A stretch of DNA of 56,938 nucleotides, filler included, from Sphacelaria rigidula (taxonomy: Eukaryota), in the NCBI GenBank assembly GCA_964200075.2. It is 7 parts of 7 records of this genome, joined end to end, with 100 filler letters (N's around TTAATTAATTAA, not from the genome) between each part and the next. Parts side by side here need not be neighbours in the genome. Positions count along the whole stretch, not along the records: positions 24,447 to 32,494 come from CAXNAA020012502.1; positions 32,595 to 40,642 come from CAXNAA020012503.1; 5 more parts are not named here. One strand, 5' to 3'. A program made the position numbers and the translations under genes. Under the pieces are notes generated by a model. The model searched no databases and was not told the origin of the DNA. It worked only from the letters and a program-made list of their open reading frames with translations. Shown here piece by piece: positions 25,311 through 37,435 of the stretch (position 1 is the first letter of the stretch; every line of letters begins with the position of its first letter).

Positions 25311-25630
25311 CTTTGGCCATCTTGAAAGTTGACGTGAGACCGATTTTTAGTTTTTTTGGACCTTGTATTTTCTACGTCAAGCTATGAACGTTTGGAGTGA
25401 GGTGCGACCGCGAGGTTGTAGCTAAGTATGTCTCATTAGGAGCAAAGCGCATTCTCACGAGACTCGTTATAGCCAAGGCCAACCTATATAACGGTCATGG
25501 CTTGGGTGTGATTTGTGTTTCTTTGGGAACAGGAAACGGTTTTTGGTCGAAGTGGTGTCAATTCTATCTCGTGTATTGATTCGCATTTTCGACATGCGCT
25601 TGGTTTCCCAGTGTGCAAAATCAGGGAGGG

Positions 25631-26065
25631 TGTTAATCGTGTGATTTCACTCATAGTAAATGTAAGATCCAGGATATTATCACGAGATCATCGGAGGAAA
25701 ATGTGGCGGATTAACCGATGGGAAACGGTACTGGTGATTTTCAGAAATTATACTGAGAACTACGGTTCGGATCGATTCTCGGAATGTTCTGGAAAGTGTC
25801 GGTTGTTCTCACTTTTGTTCTCGAATGATCCCGAAACGACGGGGAGTATATTGTGGTATGCGGTATGTTTCTGCGCGGGATAAAACAGGAGATATTCGCC
25901 GTAGCTCGAGAAGGATTCTCGACGGAGATGCAAAGGCGTATCTTTCCCCTCACCGTGTTCAGTGTTGTTTGTGTGCGTGTGCCTTCCTACCCATGGGCGG
26001 TCTGATTTGAATGAGACAATAAAAGACAACTATACACTTCTGCCTCTGTTACTTCATCTTCGACA
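25631..26065 (+). mobile_element. Putative 3' LTR of the Copia element
   Basis: Polypurine tract AGGGAGGG directly before TG at 25631; AATAAA at about 26018; ends TCGACA at 26065. Confidence 0.65.
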
Positions 26066-26226
26066 GCGGTCGCTGTGCGGGATTGCCTTTTACGTATTTG
26101 GTTGAGCATTGGGTGCTCAGGCCATATAGCTCTAGACCCTACCAAACAGTGGAAGCCGAGATACGTCCGCCGCGCGCAGACGTTTCGACCACAAGCGCCC
26201 GTACTACCACCGTTTCACACACAATA

Positions 26227-26618
26227 CTATAAAATGAGATTCATCAATAGAATGAGGTTCAAGCCCAAAACAGTGCTTTCCCCACACTTTCAGCCATGAT
26301 GCCCTATGACTTTCTTGTCGGCCTAATGCCCCTCGATCGCGTAGATACCTCTTCAGCGCATTTTACCGACTCTGTGAGCTTACAGCGCTGTTCGAAACCG
26401 TCACTTCCCCTGATTTTACAGGGGGGTGATATCAGGGAAAACGGCGGTTTCGGCCAGCGCTGTAAGCTCACAGAGTCGATAAAATGCGCTCAAGAAGTAT
26501 CTACGCGATCGAGGGGCGTTAGGCCGACTAGAGAGTCATTGGGCACCATCGCTGGAAATGTGGGGAAAGTACTGTTTTGGGCTTGAGCCTCATTTCATTG
26601 ATGAATCTCATTTTATAG
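26227..26618. mobile_element. Near-complete foldback MITE (family F2)
   Basis: CTATAAAATGAGATTCATCAAT... pairs with ...ATTGATGAATCTCATTTTATAG; pairing continues to a small loop near 26420. Confidence 0.88.
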
Positions 26619-26960
26619 AATTGTCTGTTGTTTGTCGACAGTCGACACAGGCATGACGGAGAGTAGTTCGAATCAATCAGATCATGTATTTTAAAACCCA
26701 TTCCCATCTAAACCACGGACGGTGTCGGCACGCACAAGGGAAGCCGAAGAAGCAATGAAGCTGACCCTTCTCGAGGGTGTTTAAAGTGATTCGGAGAGCC
26801 GGTAGTTGCGTGTGATGCCTCCAACCTCCAGAAGTGCCTCGTTTGAAGTTGCGACAAACAAGTCTGAGAAGTTGAATCAAGACCAGCGCTGGTCAAAAGG
26901 GGTCGAGCTGGGCTGTTCTTGAGACCGCTCACAGAGAGAAGCGAAACACAACGCCATGAA

Positions 26961-27508
26961 ACGCGGTATCTTACAAATTGGGGATGAATCTTTCATTGGG
27001 GATGAAAAACCCGGAGAATTAAAATCTTTCCATCCACACCAAATCTTCGAAATATGGTTTCATTTCTTCAGCTACTGATAGCTATTGATTACTGCTACAC
27101 GTCATAGAAATTTGGACTTTGATCACCGAAATGTTGGGGTCCTAGGGGGAAACCCAATTTTTGGAAATACTTTGATCACCGAAATGTTGGGGTCCTAGGG
27201 GGAAACCCAATTTTTGGGAATACTTTGATCACCGAAATGTTGGGGTCCTAGGGGGGAACCCAATTTTTGGGAATTCCGGGTGTCCGAACGGCCGCCAAAA
27301 TGGTTCCGAAATTGGTTTTCCACCCAGGACCCCAACACTTCGGCGATCGAAATCTAAATTTCGATGGCGTGTAGCAGTTGTCAAAAGCTATCAGTATGTG
27401 AAGAAATGGAACCATATTTCGAAAATTAGGTGTGGATACGAAGATTTTAGTTCTCCGGGTTTCTCATCCCCAATAAATGATCCATCCCCAATTGGTAAGA
27501 TCCCGTGT
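26961..27508. mobile_element. Foldback MITE F1 with internal triplication of a ~54-bp unit
   Basis: Same arms as 18312-18708; CTTTGATCACCGAAATGTTGGGGTCCTAGGGGG...CCCAATTTTTGG occurs three times at about 27117-27275. Confidence 0.85.
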
Positions 27509-27944
27509 TATGAGCACCAATGGAGCTGAAACTTCTTGAGTGCATCTCGATTGATGTTAGAAGAGCGATGGGATGGTTTTTTCGCGCAGCGCGGCTTCGA
27601 ATTCATTCGACAGAAAAAAGTGCGTGGTTCTGGCCTTCGTTGTGAGAGCGGACGGACAGGGACGACACTTTTTTAATTTCGGTCCAGTAGAACCCTTTTC
27701 GGCTTAGGGCCTCAAAGGAATATCGCCCGTTCCTTTCACGGAGAGAATGGCGAAGGTATACTTCATTCTCCTCCGAAGTGTGTGTTGCGGCCCCCAACAA
27801 TGATAACAAGCGAGGGCTGTGTCACATGTCACGCAAGAGTAAAAAAACGTCTCAGTGGATTGAAGACCGGAATACCTTTGAAATAGGCAGCTCTCGAGCG
27901 CCCGTGTACCTTTTCGGCGGGCAGCATGACGAACTCATCAGTAC

Positions 27945-28055
27945 GGGGGGTGTACTCATGATTATGCATGCCATAGCCATATGACCATTGACCTCGCATC
28001 CCTACAATGCCGGAACGGAGCACGCCGGGTTTTCGCCGGACCAGGTTTGCACTCA
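27945..28055 (+). repeat. Partial copy of element R1
   Basis: GGGGGGTGTACTCATGATTATGCATGCCATAG...CCCTACAATGCCGGAACGGAGCACGCCGGGTTTTCGCCGGACCAGG. Confidence 0.8.
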
Positions 28056-28338
28056 AACCACCAAGCAGTAGGGGGGGTGGCGGCGAGAACAAGTAAATGA
28101 TCACAGCTGGGCTCTTCGAATCTTTTTGTTCCTTCCGTCATGCCTGGGTAATTCTTCACTCCTGATTCTTGTGGTAAAACACCTCTTTGAAAAAAAACAT
28201 CGCATTTCACCTTTCCGATTGTGATCAATATTCTTGAGTGAATCACAAACGTGGAGAAAGAGGTTTACTGCTTTTCCTGGAACCACCGAACAGCACAAAT
28301 GGAAAAAAGGCCAACAGAGGGGACAAGGAAACCGCAAT

Positions 28339-31300
28339 TCATGAGCACGCTTTTACAATCTCTGCGGGATCGAAGCCTCCCGCTATCGCCAGCTCGTCCA
28401 CGCCGGTATTTTCTATGAACGCCAGGATTTCGTCGTTGTCCGCCAAGGCTGGCAGCTTTCCCTGGAATATGATGCCAACAAAAGGCCACCGGTACGACGG
28501 TGGAGCACAAAAAGAAGGCGAAACAAACATGAAATTCCGGCATGTATGTAGCGGGAAAGAATAGATAGCACACATCAGACAGAACCGAACAGAACGGATC
28601 GAACATACCAGCGTTGGCGCGTAGTTCAACACGTTTCAAACATGTGTATGCTTTCGCATCCATTTCATCATCACTAGAGAGTTTTCGGTTGTTTAGTTTG
28701 ATTTTGCCAGAAATGCTGCCCAACTTCGCCACGGAATTCTCAAGGAAAGGATAGAGAACGACTACACGACCTGTGGGACGTGTATGCACCGGACGCTAAA
28801 GCATCAACGCTTGAGATGTATTGATCATACGCGTGCAGAGAAGTGCATCCTCCAGGACCAAAGTTCATGGGAATAGGGCGGCGCGTGCACTGCGCCAAGT
28901 TGACGGGGGGTATTCGTAAGTTCAACACCCACAACGCCTTGAGCAAAGCTTCTCAACGCTCGAGGCGCCTACCGAACGTGACTGCCGCGAGGCGGTCTGG
29001 CCGAGCCACGGGATAATCAGCACACGAATCCATTTACGGGGTGAGTGTTGGGTGAAGTTCCCTCCTTCAGGAAAAAGCAAAAAAATAGTGATACCCTGTG
29101 TGAACAAAGGACGAAATGCAATACAATGAGGCGTATTCGGCCATGCCATATCAGTCGACAAGAAGCGCATTACACTTCTGTGGGTATTTCGTCGCGTTTC
29201 ACCCCCACTTCCCGTCCTCGGGACAAGTCCGTAGCTCGAGGGATCGATCAGCTCATCTCTCTTCAGGTGCTGGCCTTGCCCTTTGTTTTCGCCATTGGAG
29301 CACCATTCCTGCAGCCTGTCGACTTTCATATTTCTTATGCTCATTACTTCAAATGCACAAAGCAGATGCATCGGTGTAAACGCTAGCACGTCCTCTCCAA
29401 GGTGGCACAATTTTGGCGAGTCTCCTTTTTCGGGCGACACTGGGGCAGCGAACCGCCACGAGAAGCATTCTTTTTTAAACAGTCTTTCTGAAGAAGTTAC
29501 GTGAACACGCCCCTTTTGAACTCAAAATATCCCTCAACACTATCTACTGCACTTTCCTCACCATGAGCGGTGGAAGCAGTGGAAGCATGTCCCCGGAAAA
29601 CGGGCAAAATGCTGTCGAGTTTTTTTTTCCTGTACACCACAACCGAGGTAAGCTCTTGCGGCAATCAAGCCATAAAAAATGTGACTTATTAGGCGTGCGC
29701 TTTCATCTAAGCCACGTCATGGACTCCTTCAACCTGTTGGATGCCACATCTCTTTTCGGAATAGCATCGACGACTAACCTACAAAGCTGTTACCCTCGAC
29801 GCTCTCGCTTCGCAGCTCCTTGCTATTTGCGTGCACTACTCGGGATGCCGGCACACCGCGTATTCGTCGGATACCGTGTAAACCAGTTCTTCACAACCAT
29901 GTACCACCATTGTGCCACCGCATGAACCTGTACTTGTTGCCCCGCATGGCGTGTACTACTTGAGCGTACAGTATAGCTCATGAAATGTCATGTGTTCGCT
30001 GATGTGGAATGATCATCTGTGTTGGAGCGAGCCTTGCTGACTCGCCCCGCCTGGGCTAGTTCAGTTCAGCTCTACAGCCTCTGCCAGACGATCTCGACAA
30101 GAGCTACAGACCACAATCCCATAAAACAGGGTGGAAGACGCATGTGTTCCTCACGGAAGGTATACCCTAGAAATCGTCGTTCGTTCATTTCGGCCTTGTG
30201 AGCCTCTAGGGTGGACTGATGTTCACACCATAGGGATTCGAACCGCAACTGCCGCCCAAACATGAAGTGTTCCCCTCGACTTTCCGGCGATCGATCCAGG
30301 GTTGACTATTTGGCATCTCACCCGCGCCCCAACGGCTTCAAGAAACAGCGTCATATATAATATCTTCGTTTTTCTATGTTCAACCCTTTGACCGTCAGGG
30401 TAGATCATTTGAATCTCTCATGAGTGAAAATGATGCTGATGTAGGAAATGAACCACCCTGGCGGTCACAAGGTTAAGAGGGACGGGGGTTGTGGCAGGTT
30501 GTCTCAGAATTTACAGCCCGAAAACCCCAAAATCGGTAAAACATGGGGGGAGGGAGAGCTACGCGCGTGACTGTCATTTTCACCACATCGTAACTATACA
30601 GGCTCACTACAGGCAATAAAAAAGGTGGTGATGGGTGGGCGTGTCTCGGGTGTAAAACACTCGTGGTTTTGCCCCCCCAAAAGCGGCGGCAAGGATAGGC
30701 GAGGGCAGAGGGTATTGCTCTTGGAGTAAATGTTACAAGTCCCCATGAGCGAAATAAATTTGCGGGACTCCAGAGAAACAAACGAGTGAATACTTTGCAC
30801 GGAGGTTATTGGTCGACAATTCAAGAACTATTCGATGAGGCGTTGGTCGAAAAGCACGCACGCAGAACACACACCTCTCCCATCTCCTTGGCTACCCCCC
30901 TTTGGATGGCAGACACCTTGTTTCCGGGAAGCAGGCGGAACTTGCAAACGATTTGTGTTGCGATGTTTTTCGGGAGCAAGTCTTTGTACCTGTAGAGAGA
31001 TAAAGTCACAAAGAGATGGACGCACATGCAGAGAGAGATAGAGAGACATATACAGAAAGCCAGGCAGGGAGGGACAAAACAGGCCGAGATTACAGATGCG
31101 GATGAGGACGCAGATGGTCATATAGAGAAACACAGGGATACGAAGGTCAGACAAATAGGTACACGTGCATATACAGAGCTGCAGTGAGCAGGACAGACGA
31201 ACCGAGGGCCAGACCCTCGGGGTGAGGAGGAAAAACAGATAGATGGGGAGTCGGACGGTTAGAAGGGGTTACAAAGGCGGATAGGCAGCTATACACCGTA

Positions 31301-31658
31301 GGCACGGACGGAATGGCAGAGAGTCGTGAATGACACACACTCGAGATACTTCATACACTTTGACCAGCCGACAATTTTTTAATGGACTAAAAATTCCCTC
31401 ATCCCACCCACGTGCATGGAGCAACAGCAGTCAAGCACAGTGTAAGACAAGCCAGAGGTAATAGCTCCTTGCTGCGCTGTGTTGTACTACCTCCACGAGA
31501 CAAAAAGACACGTACTTGGTCGACCCCCGCTCCTTCGATTCGAGACGGAACTTGTTGTGCTTCTCTTCTGCAGCCTTCTCCGTGGCTGAGAGCTTGTCCA
31601 TATGGTCTGCAATCGCCGCCTTTAGCTCGTCCCCCATCTGCCTGCCCACGAAGTGCTT
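28339..31658 (-). CDS. Unrecognised protein, 3' part; exons 31658-31516, 30989-30875 and probably 28461-28339
   Basis: GT-AG junctions with matching phase (2, then 0) give KHFVGRQMGDELKAAIADHMDKLSATEKAAEEKHNKFRLESKERGSTK|YKDLLPKNIATQIVCKFRLLPGNKVSAIQRGVAKEMGE|GKLPALADNDEILAFIENTGVDELAIAGGFDPAEIVKACS*. The last junction is less certain. Confidence 0.5.
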
Positions 31659-32164
31659 CTGCACAGTAGTCAAGAACAACTCGGCTGTCGATACAACAGC
31701 AAATGGGGATGCGAGGTAGGGTGGCGTGGTGCGGCGTGGCGGAGGGAAACGAGGAGTGGTCATTTCCACGGACGTTTTTTGTACTTATTTTGCTCTCTTC
31801 GTCGATACATATTTGTTTCTCTCAGTCTTCCAGAGGTCAAAATTGTCTCGAAAAACGGCGTTACCGCAATGACAGTTGTGAAATTGTTCATGTTATGCCT
31901 ACTTGCCTGCGGCCACGTCACGTACTCTTCTGAGGAAAGTTGATCGTGTACTCCCCGTGTCGAACGTCCGTGGTTCCTAGGGTACACCGTGTATGTGGTC
32001 AGTGTATCGAGGTGGGCAATGTATTCCTCGGTCTCGATTGATAACTTAGGTCGCACTACCGGGTATCATGGTCCAACAGCGCGGTTGTTGCCTTGTACTG
32101 ATCACGCTTGAAGATTCCACATATATCCACGTATATTCACCTGGAGTTATGCTATTTCCCCTTC

Positions 32165-32494
32165 CCCCCCCCCCATTCCGTCTTGCCTGGTCCGGCGAGA
32201 ACCCGGCGTGCTTCGTCCCGGTTTTGTAGGGGCGGACCCCCGATGGGGTTAGCGTCGGTTGGCGATGACGCTATAAAACACGCCACTCACTACGGAAGCT
32301 AGGCGACAGGTTACCGGTTTTTTTGGCGCGCTTGGTTTTTTTTTAGCGGTAACCATGATGGTAGTCGAGCTAGATCATGTTGTGCGATGTGGGCAAACCT
32401 CAACTCCGCACAATCGGGATGATCGTACCACGTAGCTTTTAAATGGTGAGGCATCCATGAGGCAGTGTATAAGCTGTGGCTGTCTCTGGAAATG
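32165..32494 (-). mobile_element. Other end of element R1, cut by contig end
   Basis: 32278-32494 aligns with 16299-16515; 32185-32232 repeats the motif found at 16670-16718. Confidence 0.7.
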
Positions 32495-32594
32495 NNNNNN
32501 NNNNNNNNNNNNNNNNNNNNNNNNNNNNNNNNNNNNNNTTAATTAATTAANNNNNNNNNNNNNNNNNNNNNNNNNNNNNNNNNNNNNNNNNNNN
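32495..32594. other. Artificial contig linker
   Basis: 100-bp N run with TTAATTAATTAA. Confidence 0.98.
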
Positions 32595-34279
32595 AAACAT
32601 CGATCCTCAGGAGTTTTGAACTACGGCGCGGTCCTCTAAGCACGCGGTCCTCTCACGCATTACACACGCCCTACATATTGGTGTCATCGCAGATTATATG
32701 AGAACTCCCCCAATTGGCAGTAGACTGGAAAAATGAATGTCAGAGTTGGGTGCCCATTTGCGGGCGCTCGAAAAGTTGAAAAGTTGCAAGCGTGGACGCG
32801 AACCTACTAACTTGACCGGACAGAACCAGTTCGGTTCTCATAATTTTGCTGAACCTGTTGATGTGCATTACCACCACCATGCCGTGCAAACAGCCTCCAT
32901 GCACTTCACTTGGACCCGAAAAGTCCACTGCTGGAATAGTCGACGATAGAGCGACAACTGGACAAGACTGAGCACAGGCGAAGATTTCCTCCCGAGAAGG
33001 ATCGTAAACTGGGTACGATTGCAATTCCACTGCAAGCTGGGTACGACTGTGACTCGCCGAGGAAAGGTGGCGAGGGCGCAGGTACAAGAGTGTCCCGAGT
33101 AGATCATGTTTTCTCAGTTGGGTTTCTCAAGACCGCACCGAACGAAGCACTGAAGCTGGCTAGCGCGTAATCTACTGCAGGGTCATATAACTCCCGGTTA
33201 TTATGCCTGACGGTTGTGCATCTCGCAGCTAGGGCTTAACTAAGCACGGGCGGTGAGCTCTTTAGATATATACCAATACACGGCAGCCCGTTGTGCTCTC
33301 GCAGAAGAGCTGCGGTGATGATGCAAAGCGTTGGATCTACTTCGATATTTGAGTCCAGCGGACAACGATTGCTGACTACACTAGTACTGAACCCGTATAC
33401 CCTGCCCGAGTATGACAGCGCTTCATGTAGTCACGGCCCGGGGCGGATTGGGCTTTAGCAGTAATGCTAGACTGGTCTTACTACAATATACTATGTAGGT
33501 TGCTACAACGGCACCTCGGCAAGATTTAGTGCCCGCTGGTATGGGTTTCCTTTCAATTGTGCCTGATCGGTGAGGGATTTGAACGGTTCAAACTCGTGAA
33601 GAAAGTCATGTTTCGGGAGGTGCAACAAGCGGGATATGTGACCATGTGTACAGTAGTAGCACCTGCGGGCGTAGGGATCAACTAGTTCGTCAGGCAACAC
33701 CACAGATGACAAGAAGAGAATATTAGCAAGACCCACGCCGCTGCTGTGTGTGTCGCTCACGCCCTACTCGTACGGATAAGATCAAAGTAGATACCCGCAC
33801 GCTGTAGTTGAGCGCAACAACGAACCGCGAAAATGGCCCCGAGTAGGCCGACTCTCTCACTCTACTCACTTTAATGAGACGCATGTCTGTGCCTTTTATG
33901 GACTGCTATTTACCCTTTTTCACTACTTTCTCTTCACACCCATGGTATCGTATACTCCGTTGCATATGAACCAAGTCCTTGCGTTATGGCCTGCGCCACC
34001 TCGTGATCGTTCACAAAAGACCACCTGAATCTGGATGACGCAGACGCCGAGCCTCAAAGCGCCATCATGCTTTCCCTTAACCCTGTTTGAAGTTTTTGTA
34101 AGTTCAATGGTCAACCGCCCGCAACAGTTGACACAGGGCACTTCTGTGGCAGTCCAGGCCGCAGTCTTGCGAGTCTGACGTGAGTAGAGAAAACAAAATA
34201 ATCCACACGTCGGATAACTCAACTCAGGTCAACACGAGTTGACTCTTTTTCGCATTACTCACCAGCGAGTTACAGCAGT

Positions 34280-34822
34280 ATCACTTAACCGTGCCCATTC
34301 TGGCAACGTGAGTCATAAACTATAACTCAGCGATGCAAAATCTGGTCAGGCGAGTTATACACTAGAAGTCAGCGGTGCACATTCCGGCCGGGTGAGTTGT
34401 AAACTATAGCTCAGCGATGCAAACCCTGACCAGGTGAGTTATAAACTATAACTCAGCGGTGCACATTTCGGCCGGGTGAGTTATAAACTGTAACTCAGCG
34501 ATGCATATCTTGGTCAGGCGAATTATAAACTAAGAATCAGCGATGCACATTCTGGACGGGTGAGTTATAAACTATTACTCATCGATGCATATCTTGGTCA
34601 AGTGAGTTGTACGGTATAACTCGGCGATGCACATTCTGGCCGGGTGTGTTATAAACTATAACTCATCGATGCATGTCTTGGTCAGGTGAGTTATACAGTA
34701 AAACCCAGCGGTGCGCATTCTGGCCGGCTGAGTTATAAAATATAACTCATCGATGAATATCTTGGCCAGGTGAGTTCTAGAAGATAAATCAGCGGTGCAC
34801 ATTCTGGCCGGGTGAATTGTAG
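34280..34822. repeat. 42-bp minisatellite array 1 (about 13 units)
   Basis: Unit approximates ATAACTCAGCGRTGCACATTCTGGCCGGGTGAGTTATAAACT. Confidence 0.9.
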
Positions 34823-35159
34823 AATAGAAACCAAAGAATAAAAAGATTGATCTTGAGCTCAGTCATGTGTTCTGCGTCTTGAAACAACTAATTATCCACA
34901 CAGAGATGTACCTCTTACTTTTGAGTTTTGAGTTCTGAGATGGCTAACCTTTACCCCCGAGCTCATGTAACATAGCCATGTCACTCAGTTTTGTATTCGG
35001 AGTTCTGAGAAATTTTGCGTTCGGAGTTCTGAGATAACTAATCTTTACCCCTCAACTCATAACACGGCCACATCACTCGCTTTTGTGTTCTGAGTTCTAA
35101 TTTTATTGAGATAGGTCGTCTGTACCCCTCAGTTTGTGTGACACCCTCCCTTCCACACG

Positions 35160-35179
35160 ACACACACACGCATCCACAC

Positions 35180-35223
<44 letters not shown>

Positions 35224-35232
35224 GCGCGCGCG
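35160..35232. repeat. (CA)n-(CG)n microsatellite
   Basis: Long CA run ending in CGCGCG. Confidence 0.9.
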
Positions 35233-35584
35233 CCTGGCGCGTGCACGGCGATCATAGAGTGTTGCCTTGCATGCGACACACGATGCGATCGTCTACTATG
35301 GCATCCCTCATGGACTCCAGCGGTGCTACGGCACATGAACCCCCCCACCCCCGGCGCGCGCCCTCCTCTTACATGTTTTCATATTACACCCTGCGGTAGT
35401 ATTGATAAATGCATAGATACTCCGAGGCCTCTCACTCCGCGCGTACCAGCAGACGTGTTACGTGATCACACGTTTCTTCTTACATGAGTGACTAGTGTCG
35501 ACCACTGTTTCTGCGTGTTCCCGGTCGGTGAGTTGTTATTCTTGACTCATTTTCCAATAACTCACCAGTGAGATATAGCAGGAT

Positions 35585-36530
35585 CACTCAGCGATGCCCA
35601 TTCTGGCCGGGTGAGTTGTAAACTATAACTCAGCAATGCAAACTCTAGCCAGGCGAGTTGGCGAGTTATAACTATACCTCAGCGGTGCACATTCCGGCCG
35701 GGTGAGGTATACACTATCAATCAGCGATGCAAAATCTAGCCGGGTGAGTTATATACTATAACTAAGGGGTGCAGATTCCGGCCAGGTGAGTTAAAAAACA
35801 GCCTGGATCCGTTTTTGAGGTTCAACATTTTAATGAGTTTCAACTCGAAAACAGTGCTTTTCCTAACCCAAAGTCATGGCCAATGAATTACATATGGATG
35901 ACCTCATGCCCCCCGACCTCCTTACAACTATATTTGGGGGTTGCCCCCGTCTTTCGTGCCTCCAAAGCGTATGTGCGAAAGCACCTTTTCGCCTCGATAT
36001 CGGGGCGAAAAAGGGGACGTTTTTAGCTCGAAATTGGTGTTTTCGCGTATACACTTTAAGGGTACGGAAGACAGGTAACCCCCGAAAATAGTTCGAGGAG
36101 GGCGGGGGGCATGAGGTCGTCCATATGAAGTTCATTGATCATGACTTTAGGTCAGGGAAAGCACTGTTTCCGAGTTGAAACTCACTAAAATGTTGAACCT
36201 CAAAAACTAACCGAGGCTCTTCAAAACTATAACTCGGCGAGGCATATATATCTTGGTCAAGTGAGTTGTACCGTATAAATCAGCGGTGTACATTTCGGCA
36301 GGGTGAGTTATAGACTATAACTCATCGATGCATACCTTGATAAAGTGAGTTGTGCAGTATGACTCAGGGGTGCACATTCTGGCAGGGTGAGTTATACTGC
36401 ACGACTCAGCAGTGCGCATTCTGGCCAGGTGAGTTATACAGCATAACTCAGCGGTGCACATTCTGGCCAGGTGAGTTATACAGCATAACTCAGCGATGCA
36501 CATTCTGGTCGGGTGAGTTATACATCGTAA
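35585..36530. repeat. 42-bp minisatellite array 2, interrupted by a foldback insertion
   Basis: Units at 35585-35795 and 36225-36530. Confidence 0.85.
35800..36218. mobile_element. Foldback MITE related to F2, nested in the 42-bp array
   Basis: GTTTTTGAGGTTCAACATTTTAATGAGTTTCAACTCGAAAACAGTGCTTT pairs with AAAGCACTGTTTCCGAGTTGAAACTCACTAAAATGTTGAACCTCAAAAAC; the motif AATGAG.TTCAA..C.AAAACAGTGCTTT is shared with 26250-26282. Confidence 0.85.
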
Positions 36531-36829
36531 CTGAATTAACTCATGAGTTGTCTGACGTGTGAAACAATTGGACTGTAAACCTGGTTGAGACGCCGAATCC
36601 GAGGCGTCTTTTGAGATATCAGCGTCCCCTCGTTCAGCAAACTCTGTTTTCATCCAAGGGTCTGTCAAAAATATATTTCGGGACACGTAGGCCCCAAAAT
36701 CGAAAATTCGAGTTTTTGAGGGGGGGGGGACACCCAGCCGTGTGTCCCTTGGTTTTTCGCCGAGGCGTTGGCGGATGCGGTCAGCTGCCGTAGATAGTAG
36801 TGATCCTTATACATTATATATGACAAATT

Positions 36830-37435
36830 GTATGTCACGTATTATATTTCATAGATTATATTTCATACATTGTATGTCATATATTATATTTCATACATTG
36901 TATGTCATATATTATATTTCATACATTATATTTCATACATTATATTTCATACATTACATTTCATACATTACATTTCATACATTACATTTCATAGATTATA
37001 TTTCATAGATTATATTTCATAGATTATATTTCATACATTACATTTCATACATTACATTTCATACATTACATTTCATAGATTATATTTCATAGATGATATT
37101 TCATAGATTATATTTCATAGATGATATTTCATAGATTATATTTCATAGATTATATGTCATAGATGATATTTCATAGATTATATTTCATAGATTATATTTC
37201 ATAGATTATATTTCATAGATGATATTTCATAGATTATATTTCATAGATTATATTTCATAGATTATATTTCATATATTACATTTCATAGATTACATTTCAT
37301 AGATTATATTTCATAGATTATATTTCATGTAGTATATTTCATATATTACATTTCATATAGTATATTTCATAGATTATATTTCATAGATTACATATCATAT
37401 ACTATGTTTCATATAGTATATTTCATGTATTATGT
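36830..37435. repeat. AT-rich 14-bp minisatellite (ATTATATTTCATAG)n followed by an AT-rich low-complexity tract
   Basis: About 40 tandem units with variants such as ATTACATTTCATAC. Confidence 0.95.

Larger units (their letters stand above)
34204..36561. mobile_element. Non-autonomous hAT-type element filled with 42-bp tandem repeats
   Basis: TIRs CACACGTCGGATAACTCA / TGAGTTGTCTGACGTGTG; 8-bp flanks AAATAATC / AAACAATT (degenerate TSD); same terminal motif as 50694-51029. Confidence 0.7.

Noticed and set aside
28339..34174. One long minus-strand gene joining exons on both sides of the gap at 32495-32594
   Set aside because: The exons lie on different contigs with no evidence of adjacency.
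34280..36530. CRISPR-like or integron-like array
   Set aside because: Sequences between the palindromes are near-identical alternating cores rather than unique spacers; there is no cas or integrase gene, and the context is a eukaryotic transposon.
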